In this document: positions 29,321-40,372 of the stretch, in pieces | How positions within the stretch are numbered: the first letter of the stretch is position 1 | Layout of the letters: every line of letters starts with the position of its first letter | Virus record (IMG/VR): IMGVR_UViG_3300022930_000001 | Location: 54,696 to 118,695 of that record | Direction: 5' to 3' (one strand) | Source of the DNA: a virus | DNA: 64,000 nt | The notes under the pieces: model-generated | Databases searched by the model: none | What the model saw: only the letters and a program-made list of their open reading frames with translations | Told to the model about the DNA's origin: nothing | Made by a program: the position numbers and the translations under genes

Positions 29321-32300
29321 TTAAAATATTCCACCCCAACGTTTCATTGAAGTTTTACGAGCTTTTGCTTTTGTTGTTTCATCAACAGCATCAGGATAAT
29401 CTGTTTCTATCTGTTTTATGATGTTACCATCTTTATCTCGTATATATACTTCTTTATTATTCGTATTATGTCCTCCTAAACCAGAGTTAGGAACAAACTG
29501 ATAAGGATCTCCAATATATTCTACTTTACCACTTGCAGGATTAAAACGATAATTAGACATTGATTCTATCAAATGTATATTATTATTTTCTGCCCGCTTT
29601 TGATCATATTTATTGGATATTGAAGCCAAAGCTTGATATTTTTGACCTTTTGTTGCTGCAATAGCCCTTGCTTGTTTATCTAGTTGGTCTGCAGTGAATT
29701 GTAAATTTATTTTAGATGCATCATTCATAATTGAATAATTCTTATTTAACACATCATTTTGAATACTTTGATTAGTTCTAAATTCTTCGGCATTAATAGA
29801 ATTTTCTTGATTATACTTTTGAGCAGCTAAAGAACTAGTTGCTGCGGCATTACCTACAAGATTTTTATTTAAAGCATTAAAAGTAGACTGCGCATCATTC
29901 TTTCTATCTTGAAAAGATACTTGATAAGGAGTTAATAATTGTGGATTATATTGCTGTCCAACTACTTGATCAGGATATTGACCCAATAAACTTATTTCAG
30001 GTAAAATATTAGAAAGACGTAATCTATTTTTATCAGCTAATGAATAAGGCTTATTATGATTAATAGGATTAATAGAACTTGTCATATCTCCTTTATAAGG
30101 AGGCAACTCAGGTATCGCTACAGATGAAATATTCGTTTGTTGTGGTTGAGCATTTAATAATTGTAATGGAGCATTATTAAGATATGAATTATCTCCTGCA
30201 AAAGGCTTTAGATCTAAATATGGATTTGACGTATTATTATTATTTATTCTGGAAGCTGTAACATTATAGTTTTCTGGAGCATAATCAATACTTGTATAAG
30301 GAATATTAGATAAAGGTTCTGCTGTTTGCATAGCATCTTGATCAAATCGATATCCAGACGCAGCCTTAACCATATTTCTAATATTGTCTGAAGTACTTCG
30401 TACTGCTTCTATAGAACCTCCATTAAAACAATTCTTACCTTTTTTCATTGTCATTCCCATTTTAGCTTCAAATTCTTTAGATATATTTTTAGGATTTATT
30501 CCCATTTTATCCGCAGCTTCAAGCATTGTATTTTGTAATTGAATCAATGCATCTTTTTGAGCAAATACTGATTTATTTTTCTGAGCTACAGCATCATTCA
30601 TGACAGACGCAGAATTAAAAGAAAGAATATCATTTAACTTAGAAGGATCTTTTATTGAAAGTAATGTTGTTGCCTTATTTTGCAATTTAGAGATTTTATT
30701 TTCTTGTTCTGCAATATCTTTTCCTGCAGATTTAAATTTTGTATTCGTAGTTGGTATGTACATATTTCCTAATACTACTGCGTTACCGTATTTATCTAAA
30801 GTTATTGGTTCACCTTTTTCAGCTTCTACTTGTGTACTACCAAATGCAATATTAGTTCCGCCATTTTCATGAGTATCTCCTAGTATTTCAGCCGTATGTG
30901 GAGAGAGCATTTTATATTTATCTCCTTCAACTTGTAATCCATTTTCAGCTAACATGTTTGTTCCATATTCTGCTTTATGATTCCAGTGCTTAGCATTCTT
31001 AGCAAAGTTTGCCATTTGACGTACATGAGGATCTTTACTATGAAGCGCTTCTTCAGTAGTTTTACCTGTACGCTTTTTATATGCTGTAAATTTACCTTTA
31101 TTTTCTGGTTTAATATGAATACCTGATTTAGCTTCTCTAATACTATCTAGAGAATAATCTGTATTTTCATCTGTATGCCAATTAGCTTGTTGATTTCTTT
31201 GTATTGATTGTGGACTATTTATAGGAATTATTTCTTGAATACTATTAGAAGCCATAGGAATACCTTGAGCATTTGATTGCCATTCAGGAGTATCGAACCA
31301 TTGCCCATTACCAGGATTTTCTTTTATAGCCCGTTCATAATCAGTACCATAATTTTTAGTATTTGTATTACCGAATCGATCTGTATGCTGATATTCATAT
31401 TGTTTATACCTCTGTTGAGCTGTTTTATGACCATAATAATTATCAACAGGAGAAAGACCTTCTACAGAACTGTTAATTCTAGAAGGATCCTGTTGTTGAA
31501 AATCTTGCTGAATCATCGCAAGCCTATCAGGATTAAATCCTTGAGATTGTAAATAAGAATTTCCTTCGGATTGATTATGATCATTTCCTAAATAACCATT
31601 TCTATAAGAATTAGATTGAATTTTTTCCCACTGATTACGTTCTTCAGGTGTTACTGGAGTTTGAGAATTTAAACCTAAATAAGGTATGTGTCCACCATTA
31701 ACATATTTTCTAGAACCATCATCATTATACAAACTATCTATCTGGTCATCTGTTCCATCAATAGGAATGTTCTGATTATTGCTGTACCAATCATCAGGAG
31801 CTTTAAAAGCTGGTAGATTAGGTACTTGTGTATACTGAGGTTGATAGTTGTTCTGACTATTCTGCCCCAGTTGTATAGGGTCTATATGCTGCCCTACTTT
31901 AACTGGTTGTTTTGGATAAGATGGTTCAATATAATATTCATTATTTGTATCAGGATTAAAAGAGGAATGTAACCAACTTGCTTTTGGTGTAGGTATTGAA
32001 TGTTTTCGATAAAAGTTACTTAATGCAAGATGATTGTCTTGCATTTTTTGAACTAATGGAGCAGTTATATCATTATAATGTTCTTGAGTCAAGGAATTAT
32101 TTTTAGATCTATCATCAAAGGCATTTATAACCTTTGTAGCAGCTTCTTTTGAAGCTATCTGTAAAGGATATACAAGTAAACTATCCTGATAAGCTTTATA
32201 TCTTGGGTCATTAGGAGAGTCTACATAGATAGGATCATTTTTTTTAATATTACCACCTTCTTTAAATATTGCTTGAGAATTATCTCCATTAGGATATGGA

Positions 32301-33430
32301 TTATAACCTTCTTGTAAACGATTAATATTATCTTTTTTACGTTGATCTGGTAAAAGAGAATTTACTCCCGCAATAATTCCCGCTGTCATATCCGCTGTAT
32401 TAAAATTACCTTTAATTCCAAAGCTTGTAGATCTATTTTGTCGAGGCGTAGTAGTTACAATTGGTTGGGTAGAAGGTGTTGCAACATTGTTATCTATTGG
32501 TCTATCAGCAGGAGTAGAATAATTATTTGTAGTAGGTGCTTGAAATACAGGTTGCTGAGGTGCAGTTGGTACTGCCTGTGGTATTGGTTTATATGCATTT
32601 TGATATGGATTTTCAGCATTGTCAAAATTAATATTCTGACCCATTTCAGCTTTCTTATTTTTTCTATTCTTTATCATACCACCATTTTCTTTAATTTCTT
32701 TGTAACCTCTTAACCAATCTTTTTTAAGAATTTTTCCTTTTTCAATAGGTATTTCGATATCTGCTATCTGACTCCAATCTTTATTTGGGTATCTGTTTCT
32801 GAAATTAGCCACATCTCTAGGTACTTCTGCAATAAAATCAGGACTGTAATCTTTAGCTAAATTAAATTCAGGTGTCCAATATGTTTTATCAAAAGATTTT
32901 TTAAGATTTATCCCAGATGTGGGAATTTCGGTATTAGAAGGTTTTGCTCGAAATACTTTAGATTTTAATGCATCTTTCATTCCTTCTTCTCCAATACCTC
33001 GATACATACTTCCTTCTGTAGGTTTAAAAGCTATTGAATTTTTAATTCCTTTACCTAATCCTACAATAGCAGAAATATCCATTAACATATCTGCTGCGGC
33101 TTCTGCTTTATTAGCTTTTTTAAAGTACTCCTGAGGTTCTGTAAGATTTATTGCCGCAGTAGCCGGATATGTTGCAAAATTTACAGCAGAACCAACTTCT
33201 TGTAATACACCAGAAGGAAGATAATGTGTAAAATCTAACTTGTTTCTTAATTTATTTTGTAAAGAAATATCTTGGCCTATTGCAGGTGTATTTTCTTGTT
33301 GTGCTCTAAGTTGGTTTATTTGAATCTGCTCTGGAGTAAAACTATTTAAGTATGCAATATTATCTTGGAGTTTTTGCTCTTGAGATTTTAATTCTTTACC
33401 ATCTTTGGCTTTTTTTATTAATTTTTTCAT
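29321..33430 (-). CDS. Modular internal virion (cargo) protein
   Basis: 1369 aa, low-complexity Q/N/P linkers, SGIHIKPENKGKFT and GDTHENGG..VEAEKGE segments, repeated xxxG(G) motifs; follows the muzzle gene. Confidence 0.75.
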   Translation of the reverse strand: MKKLIKKAKDGKELKSQEQKLQDNIAYLNSFTPEQIQINQLRAQQENTPAIGQDISLQNKLRNKLDFTHYLPSGVLQEVGSAVNFATYPATAAINLTEPQEYFKKANKAEAAADMLMDISAIVGLGKGIKNSIAFKPTEGSMYRGIGEEGMKDALKSKVFRAKPSNTEIPTSGINLKKSFDKTYWTPEFNLAKDYSPDFIAEVPRDVANFRNRYPNKDWSQIADIEIPIEKGKILKKDWLRGYKEIKENGGMIKNRKNKKAEMGQNINFDNAENPYQNAYKPIPQAVPTAPQQPVFQAPTTNNYSTPADRPIDNNVATPSTQPIVTTTPRQNRSTSFGIKGNFNTADMTAGIIAGVNSLLPDQRKKDNINRLQEGYNPYPNGDNSQAIFKEGGNIKKNDPIYVDSPNDPRYKAYQDSLLVYPLQIASKEAATKVINAFDDRSKNNSLTQEHYNDITAPLVQKMQDNHLALSNFYRKHSIPTPKASWLHSSFNPDTNNEYYIEPSYPKQPVKVGQHIDPIQLGQNSQNNYQPQYTQVPNLPAFKAPDDWYSNNQNIPIDGTDDQIDSLYNDDGSRKYVNGGHIPYLGLNSQTPVTPEERNQWEKIQSNSYRNGYLGNDHNQSEGNSYLQSQGFNPDRLAMIQQDFQQQDPSRINSSVEGLSPVDNYYGHKTAQQRYKQYEYQHTDRFGNTNTKNYGTDYERAIKENPGNGQWFDTPEWQSNAQGIPMASNSIQEIIPINSPQSIQRNQQANWHTDENTDYSLDSIREAKSGIHIKPENKGKFTAYKKRTGKTTEEALHSKDPHVRQMANFAKNAKHWNHKAEYGTNMLAENGLQVEGDKYKMLSPHTAEILGDTHENGGTNIAFGSTQVEAEKGEPITLDKYGNAVVLGNMYIPTTNTKFKSAGKDIAEQENKISKLQNKATTLLSIKDPSKLNDILSFNSASVMNDAVAQKNKSVFAQKDALIQLQNTMLEAADKMGINPKNISKEFEAKMGMTMKKGKNCFNGGSIEAVRSTSDNIRNMVKAASGYRFDQDAMQTAEPLSNIPYTSIDYAPENYNVTASRINNNNTSNPYLDLKPFAGDNSYLNNAPLQLLNAQPQQTNISSVAIPELPPYKGDMTSSINPINHNKPYSLADKNRLRLSNILPEISLLGQYPDQVVGQQYNPQLLTPYQVSFQDRKNDAQSTFNALNKNLVGNAAATSSLAAQKYNQENSINAEEFRTNQSIQNDVLNKNYSIMNDASKINLQFTADQLDKQARAIAATKGQKYQALASISNKYDQKRAENNNIHLIESMSNYRFNPASGKVEYIGDPYQFVPNSGLGGHNTNNKEVYIRDKDGNIIKQIETDYPDAVDETTKAKARKTSMKRWGGIF

Positions 33431-33433
33431 AAC

Positions 33434-36400
33434 TTATTTGTATGAAGGTATTGTCGGTGATAAAATAAATTTAGATATTAATTTAAAAGTATTATCATCA
33501 TCTTTTATATGACGAATTATACAATACTTACCTCGTATCTGATCCTTTTTAAAAGATCGTAAACCATAATCTAAATTATCTATATTTAATTCTTTATTTG
33601 TTTCTGTAAATTCACAAGTATTTAACCAAATATTATTTACAGGATTTTTTAATATATTGTAAAATTGATTATATTGATAAAAAGAATCTGATTTAGTTAC
33701 AAGTATATCTTTAGAATCAAGATTATTGATGGGATATCTATTATAATCACGAAGAGATATATTAGATTTAGGTATTAGATTCAATAAACCTGTACACTGT
33801 TGACCATTATAAATAATTGCTTTATTAAAATAAATTGTTTCATCTAATTCTGTCCAATTATCTTGATCTTGATATTTAATAACTGTAGTATAATCTTTTA
33901 TATTTTGAAGTATTTCATCATTAATTTTATAATGAAAAGGGTATTCAAGAATATATGGATATATTGTTCCATAATAACTACTAAAATTAGTATAATCAAT
34001 ATTATGATCCCATAAAGATTCTAAAGTATTTACACCTGATTGAAAATAATTTTCATGAGCAATATAGTAATTAGGTGTAAAAGAATGAAAACTAATCCAA
34101 CTATTTGTTTTAAATGAAAAACTAATAGACCATGATTTATTACAAAAATAATTAGGATCATTCACACTTATAATTGTTTTACCTCTATATCCGGGTTTTG
34201 CATTAATTACTTCTGGAGAAATACATGTTCCTATAGGTAGTTTTTCTTCATTTTGTGGGTTAAAACATACAACATAAGGTGGTGCATCACTAGGTCTTAT
34301 TTCATAACTATCAGGACAACATTGATATGTTGATGAAGGTATAGTAGTTTGTGATTCTGGAATTTCTATAGAATCTATATAAAAATTAGTACCATCATAT
34401 TTTATTGCTTCAGATAATGGTTCATAATCTAATTTTGTTAATATAAGCCTTTTATAAAAATTATCATATACGCCATTTAATCCTATTTGATTAAATGAGT
34501 TATCAATATTTATATTTGGAAAATAGTTAAGTATTTTAAATGGTAAATTTTCACTAAACCATTTATCCATACCCTTATCAGCAATATCTACAATAGATGT
34601 ATTTTGGAGTAAATATACTTGCCCTCTTTTAGCATCTACTGAAATAGTTCCATTTTCAGTTCTTAAAATGAATTTATGCTGTGATCCATAAGAGCCTGTA
34701 TCTGTATTTGATAAATCTAAAGGTATATTTGAAAACATCTTAGTATTACTGAGATATGCGTCCGGGCCTTGAGAAACCTGTACAGTAGTAAATGCATTAT
34801 ATATTTGAGATTTATTTTCAAAGCGTGCTAAAACTTGATTATTATCTAAAGTATCTAAAGCAGTAAGTTTACCATATGCTTTAGGAAAACTATATTCATT
34901 TGCAGGTCGATAAACTAACCAATTATTTTTAGTTTCTTCTAGTGAAGATTTATCTGACCATATTGCAGAATTTGGAAAATATGTAAAACAAGGTTCATCG
35001 GGATTCCAATCAGGTCTTAATGTACCATATATGTTTTCTTTATTTTGCTTTGAATAGGTTTTATTATAGACATAACTATTATCATAAATGATAGGTACAT
35101 TAGTTTCTTGTAACCAATCATCAGGTATATCCGTACTTACTTGTGGATAAAAATCTCCTTCCTTAATGTTAATTGCTTGACGCATATTGACATTAACTTC
35201 GGATTCTACATAAAAATAAGGTATGCCATATGCATATAAATATGCCTGACCTGTTTCATATAAACCATCTCCATTATAACACTCTAAATTAGTTATTTTT
35301 ATACCTAAAGATGTTAATAATCCATTTCTTAGTAATGCAACTAAAAGTACTACACCTGTTACAAGAATAGGTATACCACCAAGTAATATATTCAACAACC
35401 AATTATCTAAGGTATTAATAAAATTAGTTGTTGCGTTATTTATTGCAGTATTGTTAATATTTAATACATTATTAGATGTAGAATAATACCAAATAGGATA
35501 ACCTACATTTCCCTGCTGATCATAATCAATATCATATCCATCAGGTTTATTAACTGTGGATTTTAGAAAAAATGAATGTTTTCTTTTTAGTGCAAAACGA
35601 TTAATAAAAATATCTCCACCAAAAATAGTATCTATTTTAGTAATAGGAAATCCTTTATTATCATTAAATGTATAGTATTTACCAGTATCAATTGGCTCAT
35701 ATGAAAATATTTGACCCCATTGTGCAGGTAAATATCTTTTTATAGATGCATAGTAGGAAGAAATATCTCTATAAAAATTATTACTAGAATTACAAAATCC
35801 TAATTCACCTGCAGTAACTCTAGAGTTATCATCGGGGGTACTGCCATTTTCAAAAGCATATAATAAGTTCTTATCCCCAGTATTCAAATAAACAGAAGAT
35901 TCCCTATAAGAATTATTTATAGCATGATCATCCCCAAATGTTCCTTGTAAACCTGTTGTTATATAACCACCATTTTCAATAGAACGTATTTTAGAGCCAT
36001 TGTTGGCAATAGGATTATAATTACCATAAAAGCCTACACCATTGTATTGCCATCCATAATTAGTATAAGGAATGAGTTTATCTATTATTTCTAATACATT
36101 ATTAAATGTAGGAAAGAAATTTTCAGAATGAAATGAAGGAGCAATACCTACAGTAGAGGTAGCTAAACTACCTGTAGTAAAACTATAACTTCCTTCTAAT
36201 CCAACAATAGATGCAACACCACCGGCTAATGCAATTTCAAGATCTTTTATTGTTCTAAGTTTTTCTCTAGCATTATCTTTAACAGGTACAAAATGTGATT
36301 TACACTGACCATATTGTGCTGTTTCAAGTTTAAGAAAAGAGCCGTCTATTCCTGATGGATGATAAAAAGAAGTATCTGGTGAATGAAAAGTAAATCGACC

Positions 36401-38311
36401 TCTTTGAAAATCATTTAATCGAGTATTTGTATTTGATCCAGATTTATCATTGACTATTGCAGAACTTATAAATGAATCAGGATTAACATCATTAAAAGGA
36501 TAATTAGGATAATAGTATGTACTTGTTTCTTTAGTATATTTACCGCAATTATATAAATATCCTTTTGCAATAACCGCTTTATTATTTACACGATCTCCCC
36601 GCATAATTCTAAAGCCTACAATATCATCTTTTTGCTGTTGTGTTAAATCTGTAGAAGACTGTATAAGTTGTTTAATTTGTTCAATATCAATTTTAATACC
36701 TATCGGATATATATTATGTTGATAATTATTGTATTGATCAGATCCTACAGGATATGGATTTTCATCATGAATATGGGTAATAAGTGAATCTGGAAATCTA
36801 TGATGCCTTATGGGTGTATTTGCTAAAGTACCCCAAATTAAAGAATTATTAGGATATAATTCTGTAGATTCATGATAACCCATCAACCCATACTGATATG
36901 GCTGAGGATTACAGTTATCCAAAGGATTATATGTAGATTCCGTGCCTAATATTGAACCAGTATTATATACTTGCCATCTATAAGGACTTACTGTTGGGCC
37001 AGAACATAAACTAGAACTAGTACTAGAAACATCTGGATTTGAATTTGGAATTATTTGAAGATCAAAAGAATTTGCTACTCTACCCGGAATATGAAATCGC
37101 TTACTTGCTTTACCATTTCTATGAAAGAAATCTATTTCAAAAGGATAGACTTCATCACGCATAAATCCTTGTAAATTAGCACAAGTTACTCCATTACTAT
37201 AATTAACAGATGTATTATCGGGAATTTGATAAGTACCCCATAAAAGATTTATTTGATTGGCAATTTTTTGATATGAAATATCATCTTCTTTAATAAGATC
37301 TCCCCATACAAGTACATTATCTGTTTGAGTTAATGTTCCTGCGAGATCATAATAATTTACTTTTTCAAATATATCTTCTATTGTAAGATTATTATTTGCT
37401 TTAGAAGCTTCAGATCCAGTATAGGTATACTCAAATTGCGGACGTTGTATATAAAATGTTCCTACAAGTTCTACATTAGTAATTGCATTTATTGTTTTTA
37501 CGACTGCAAGATTAAAATAATCATATAAACCTGTTGTATCTAAATTATCAATAAGTAAAGAAATCGCCTGATTAGTTACTTCATTAAAATTACTAGAAAT
37601 TTTACCTTCTAAAAATATTCTTACAGGATTAGATACAGAATAAAAAGATGTATAACCATTTCCTAAAACATCAGAATACTGAATTGCAAATTGATAAGTA
37701 CCTTCAACGAGATTACCTCCAATATTTTCTTTTAGAGCCTCAATTTTAGGCACAGAAAAGTTTGGCTGTACAAGCATCCTATTTGTATTTATATTGCCTA
37801 CAATAGGCGTAAAAACACCTGCAATTAATACTTCTTTCCAAGGAAGATTATTTAGATCTATAAATCGTCTAGGATTAAGTTTATCAGTCCAATATAGTTG
37901 TGTAGAACAGTTTGTTGTTTTAACTTCTATCTTGTGTATTGGATTAGAAATATTAAAATTTAATAAATCACTTCCTGCAAATGTATCATCCAATAAAATA
38001 TTGTATATACATGAATCATTATCCGTATACCCAATTTGCGAAAATGCTGTTATTGGATTAGTTAAAAAATAAACAACTTTATTTAGTTGAGTTATATTTT
38101 TAACACCTATAACTTTATAATTTTCAGGAAATTGAATACATTCTATATTTGCCTGATCATTACCAATAGTAATTTCATTTCCATCAAAATTGGAAATATT
38201 ACCGTTTAATACATAGGTCATTGTTCCTACTGGAAGTTGACCAATAGTTAAATCAGTATTCATACCTGTAACGGCCTGATTTGCATTAAGACTTATTGAG
38301 GATTCTGCCAT
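33434..38311 (-). CDS. Tail muzzle/'stabilization' protein
   Basis: 1625 aa; GMNTD N-terminus, YWTD..NP.R.I, MRDEVY.F, FGGDIFI, WISFHS motifs; crAss gene order. Confidence 0.8.
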   Translation of the reverse strand: MAESSISLNANQAVTGMNTDLTIGQLPVGTMTYVLNGNISNFDGNEITIGNDQANIECIQFPENYKVIGVKNITQLNKVVYFLTNPITAFSQIGYTDNDSCIYNILLDDTFAGSDLLNFNISNPIHKIEVKTTNCSTQLYWTDKLNPRRFIDLNNLPWKEVLIAGVFTPIVGNINTNRMLVQPNFSVPKIEALKENIGGNLVEGTYQFAIQYSDVLGNGYTSFYSVSNPVRIFLEGKISSNFNEVTNQAISLLIDNLDTTGLYDYFNLAVVKTINAITNVELVGTFYIQRPQFEYTYTGSEASKANNNLTIEDIFEKVNYYDLAGTLTQTDNVLVWGDLIKEDDISYQKIANQINLLWGTYQIPDNTSVNYSNGVTCANLQGFMRDEVYPFEIDFFHRNGKASKRFHIPGRVANSFDLQIIPNSNPDVSSTSSSLCSGPTVSPYRWQVYNTGSILGTESTYNPLDNCNPQPYQYGLMGYHESTELYPNNSLIWGTLANTPIRHHRFPDSLITHIHDENPYPVGSDQYNNYQHNIYPIGIKIDIEQIKQLIQSSTDLTQQQKDDIVGFRIMRGDRVNNKAVIAKGYLYNCGKYTKETSTYYYPNYPFNDVNPDSFISSAIVNDKSGSNTNTRLNDFQRGRFTFHSPDTSFYHPSGIDGSFLKLETAQYGQCKSHFVPVKDNAREKLRTIKDLEIALAGGVASIVGLEGSYSFTTGSLATSTVGIAPSFHSENFFPTFNNVLEIIDKLIPYTNYGWQYNGVGFYGNYNPIANNGSKIRSIENGGYITTGLQGTFGDDHAINNSYRESSVYLNTGDKNLLYAFENGSTPDDNSRVTAGELGFCNSSNNFYRDISSYYASIKRYLPAQWGQIFSYEPIDTGKYYTFNDNKGFPITKIDTIFGGDIFINRFALKRKHSFFLKSTVNKPDGYDIDYDQQGNVGYPIWYYSTSNNVLNINNTAINNATTNFINTLDNWLLNILLGGIPILVTGVVLLVALLRNGLLTSLGIKITNLECYNGDGLYETGQAYLYAYGIPYFYVESEVNVNMRQAINIKEGDFYPQVSTDIPDDWLQETNVPIIYDNSYVYNKTYSKQNKENIYGTLRPDWNPDEPCFTYFPNSAIWSDKSSLEETKNNWLVYRPANEYSFPKAYGKLTALDTLDNNQVLARFENKSQIYNAFTTVQVSQGPDAYLSNTKMFSNIPLDLSNTDTGSYGSQHKFILRTENGTISVDAKRGQVYLLQNTSIVDIADKGMDKWFSENLPFKILNYFPNINIDNSFNQIGLNGVYDNFYKRLILTKLDYEPLSEAIKYDGTNFYIDSIEIPESQTTIPSSTYQCCPDSYEIRPSDAPPYVVCFNPQNEEKLPIGTCISPEVINAKPGYRGKTIISVNDPNYFCNKSWSISFSFKTNSWISFHSFTPNYYIAHENYFQSGVNTLESLWDHNIDYTNFSSYYGTIYPYILEYPFHYKINDEILQNIKDYTTVIKYQDQDNWTELDETIYFNKAIIYNGQQCTGLLNLIPKSNISLRDYNRYPINNLDSKDILVTKSDSFYQYNQFYNILKNPVNNIWLNTCEFTETNKELNIDNLDYGLRSFKKDQIRGKYCIIRHIKDDDNTFKLISKFILSPTIPSYK

Positions 38312-39195
38312 TAGTAGTGGTTATAACTTCTATCACCGGGTAAACGATACATATTATTTCTTCTATTTAATACACCAATTTGACGTATTTTTTCTGAGGA
38401 TGTTTGTTTCTTTAATTCTGTTTCTGCTATTATTAAAGCTTCTGCTTGTTCCTGTTCTGCTTTTAGCTTTTTACGTTCTACTTGATTATAAGTTTCATCT
38501 GTTATACTGTTACATAATTGTCTAAAACAATTATAAATAATATATTTACGAATATAATCCTGAACCCAAAAATTATCAGGAACCATTTGTACTAAACTAT
38601 CTATTGTAGAGTCAGCGTAATAAATCAAATGTATTTTTCCCTCAGGATAACTCACAATCATATGTCCATCTTCGACACTAAAAGTATTTGCTGCTTCAGA
38701 GTGCATATTGGGACATCCATCTCCACAAAATTGTTTAGAGCTATTATTTGCAGGACGTAACAAAAATGTATGCTGAAAACGATACATAATAGTATTTGTT
38801 GTTTTCATTGTTACTAAGAAATCTGTAGTACAAGTTTCAGTATCGAAACATTCATTGCATCTATCAAAGTTTGCTGGAGTTCCTACTCTACAATCTTTTT
38901 GCCAATAAAGCGAAGTTGGATCTTGATATATTACAGATGGTGTGAAAGTACAAGCCCAAGCTTCTCTTACAGCATTAAAATCACAAGGTAATTCTACCTT
39001 ATGATCTTTTATATCTAAAACAATTTCTTCTATTTTAAATGCAGACTTTCTAAATCTTTTTAAACAATGCTCTGTCCATTTAGGAAACATTACATCATCA
39101 ATAATACCTGATGAAAAATAAGAACGTAATTCTTCTTTAACTTCAGCATACAATGATTCAGGAGAGACAAATGTTTGTTTATAATATATTGACAT
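38311..39195 (-). CDS. Tail ring (tubular) protein
   Basis: ELPCDF, G.IHLIYY, MVPDN..VQDYI; immediately upstream of the muzzle gene. Confidence 0.65.
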   Translation of the reverse strand: MSIYYKQTFVSPESLYAEVKEELRSYFSSGIIDDVMFPKWTEHCLKRFRKSAFKIEEIVLDIKDHKVELPCDFNAVREAWACTFTPSVIYQDPTSLYWQKDCRVGTPANFDRCNECFDTETCTTDFLVTMKTTNTIMYRFQHTFLLRPANNSSKQFCGDGCPNMHSEAANTFSVEDGHMIVSYPEGKIHLIYYADSTIDSLVQMVPDNFWVQDYIRKYIIYNCFRQLCNSITDETYNQVERKKLKAEQEQAEALIIAETELKKQTSSEKIRQIGVLNRRNNMYRLPGDRSYNHY

Positions 39196-39686
39196 TATCT
39201 TACTTTAAGTAATTCTTTATAAATATTTTTATATTCACCTTTAGGAAGCTTTAAATTATCTTTAAGTTTACGACTATGTATTCTACACATTTCAAATTTC
39301 CAAATATAAGGATATTTAATACGTGCTTTGTGGTAATCCCACATAAAATAATATTTATATCCTTCAGTATGTGCATTTAGATAATAAACATATTTACCTA
39401 ATTTTTTAGTCTCTTGCCAATTAATAGATAAATTAGGCATTTCATTTCCTGCAGCAGTTATTTTTGTAGATTTAGGTTTATATTTGTTTATAACTAATGA
39501 ACCTAAACCGAATGGTAGTTTAATTATTTCACCTGTTTCAAGTAAATAGTCTCCTATTTTTTTATTATATGTATATATAATTAACTTATAATTATCAAAA
39601 GATAATTCTATTTTAGGATTCTTTTTACAGAATGCATCATAAGCCTCTTTAGAGGCTGTTCTATAACCCATTTGAGGTCTACTCAT
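39195..39686 (-). CDS. IHF/HU-like DNA-binding protein
   Basis: Basic; G..IKLPFGLGSLVI.K motif, INWQET, N.HT.GY as in crAss IHF-like genes. Confidence 0.7.
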   Translation of the reverse strand: MSRPQMGYRTASKEAYDAFCKKNPKIELSFDNYKLIIYTYNKKIGDYLLETGEIIKLPFGLGSLVINKYKPKSTKITAAGNEMPNLSINWQETKKLGKYVYYLNAHTEGYKYYFMWDYHKARIKYPYIWKFEMCRIHSRKLKDNLKLPKGEYKNIYKELLKVR

Positions 39687-39691
39687 AGTTT

Positions 39692-40372
39692 CTATTTGCT
39701 TTCATCCATATCGTTATCAGTACGATCAGGAATACTTTGTTTATACGTTTTAAGCATTGTTTCTCTTACAAGAGATAATACATTTGCTTCAAGATAAGAA
39801 GGACATTTAAATTCCATATCCATTGGATTTGGTTGGCAATCATAATCTACTCCTTGACAAGAAAATAATTCTTTATCTGGTTCTGTTTCAAAAAATGCAC
39901 TTATTTTAACAAGCTCTACATTTTCATCTGTAAGATATAAATATCCATTTTGTAACCAGTAAAATTTTAATAAACCTTTTTGCTTTGGATAAAGCTTAAG
40001 CATATCAGTATATCGTGTAGGATCTGCATAATCAAATTTTGTACTATTTTCTACAGAAAATACACCTTGTATTAAATAACCAAATATATTTTCAGCAATT
40101 CTTGGTAATTTTAATTTAGATTTTGCAATCATACAAGTTGAATTATAAGTACAACAAGTAGATAATGGAACTTGTTCCATTTCTAAGCAATTAATCCAAG
40201 TAAATATATTATCAGAAGAAAATAATTTACGTTTATCAGTTTCACGTTTGATAAGCATTAAAGCCGAACTTTTCAGTTCGGCTGCTATTGCTCTATTGCT
40301 TATCGTATCATCAGAGCTTACAAGTTTAAACTGACTTCTAATCTGACTAACTAATTCTCCTAGTAATGCCAT
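39692..40372 (-). CDS. Tail ring/adaptor protein
   Basis: ELVSQIR...DD.ISNR.I, CLEMEQV, NGYLY and C-terminal D..ND motifs; crAss gene order. Confidence 0.65.
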   Translation of the reverse strand: MALLGELVSQIRSQFKLVSSDDTISNRAIAAELKSSALMLIKRETDKRKLFSSDNIFTWINCLEMEQVPLSTCCTYNSTCMIAKSKLKLPRIAENIFGYLIQGVFSVENSTKFDYADPTRYTDMLKLYPKQKGLLKFYWLQNGYLYLTDENVELVKISAFFETEPDKELFSCQGVDYDCQPNPMDMEFKCPSYLEANVLSLVRETMLKTYKQSIPDRTDNDMDESK

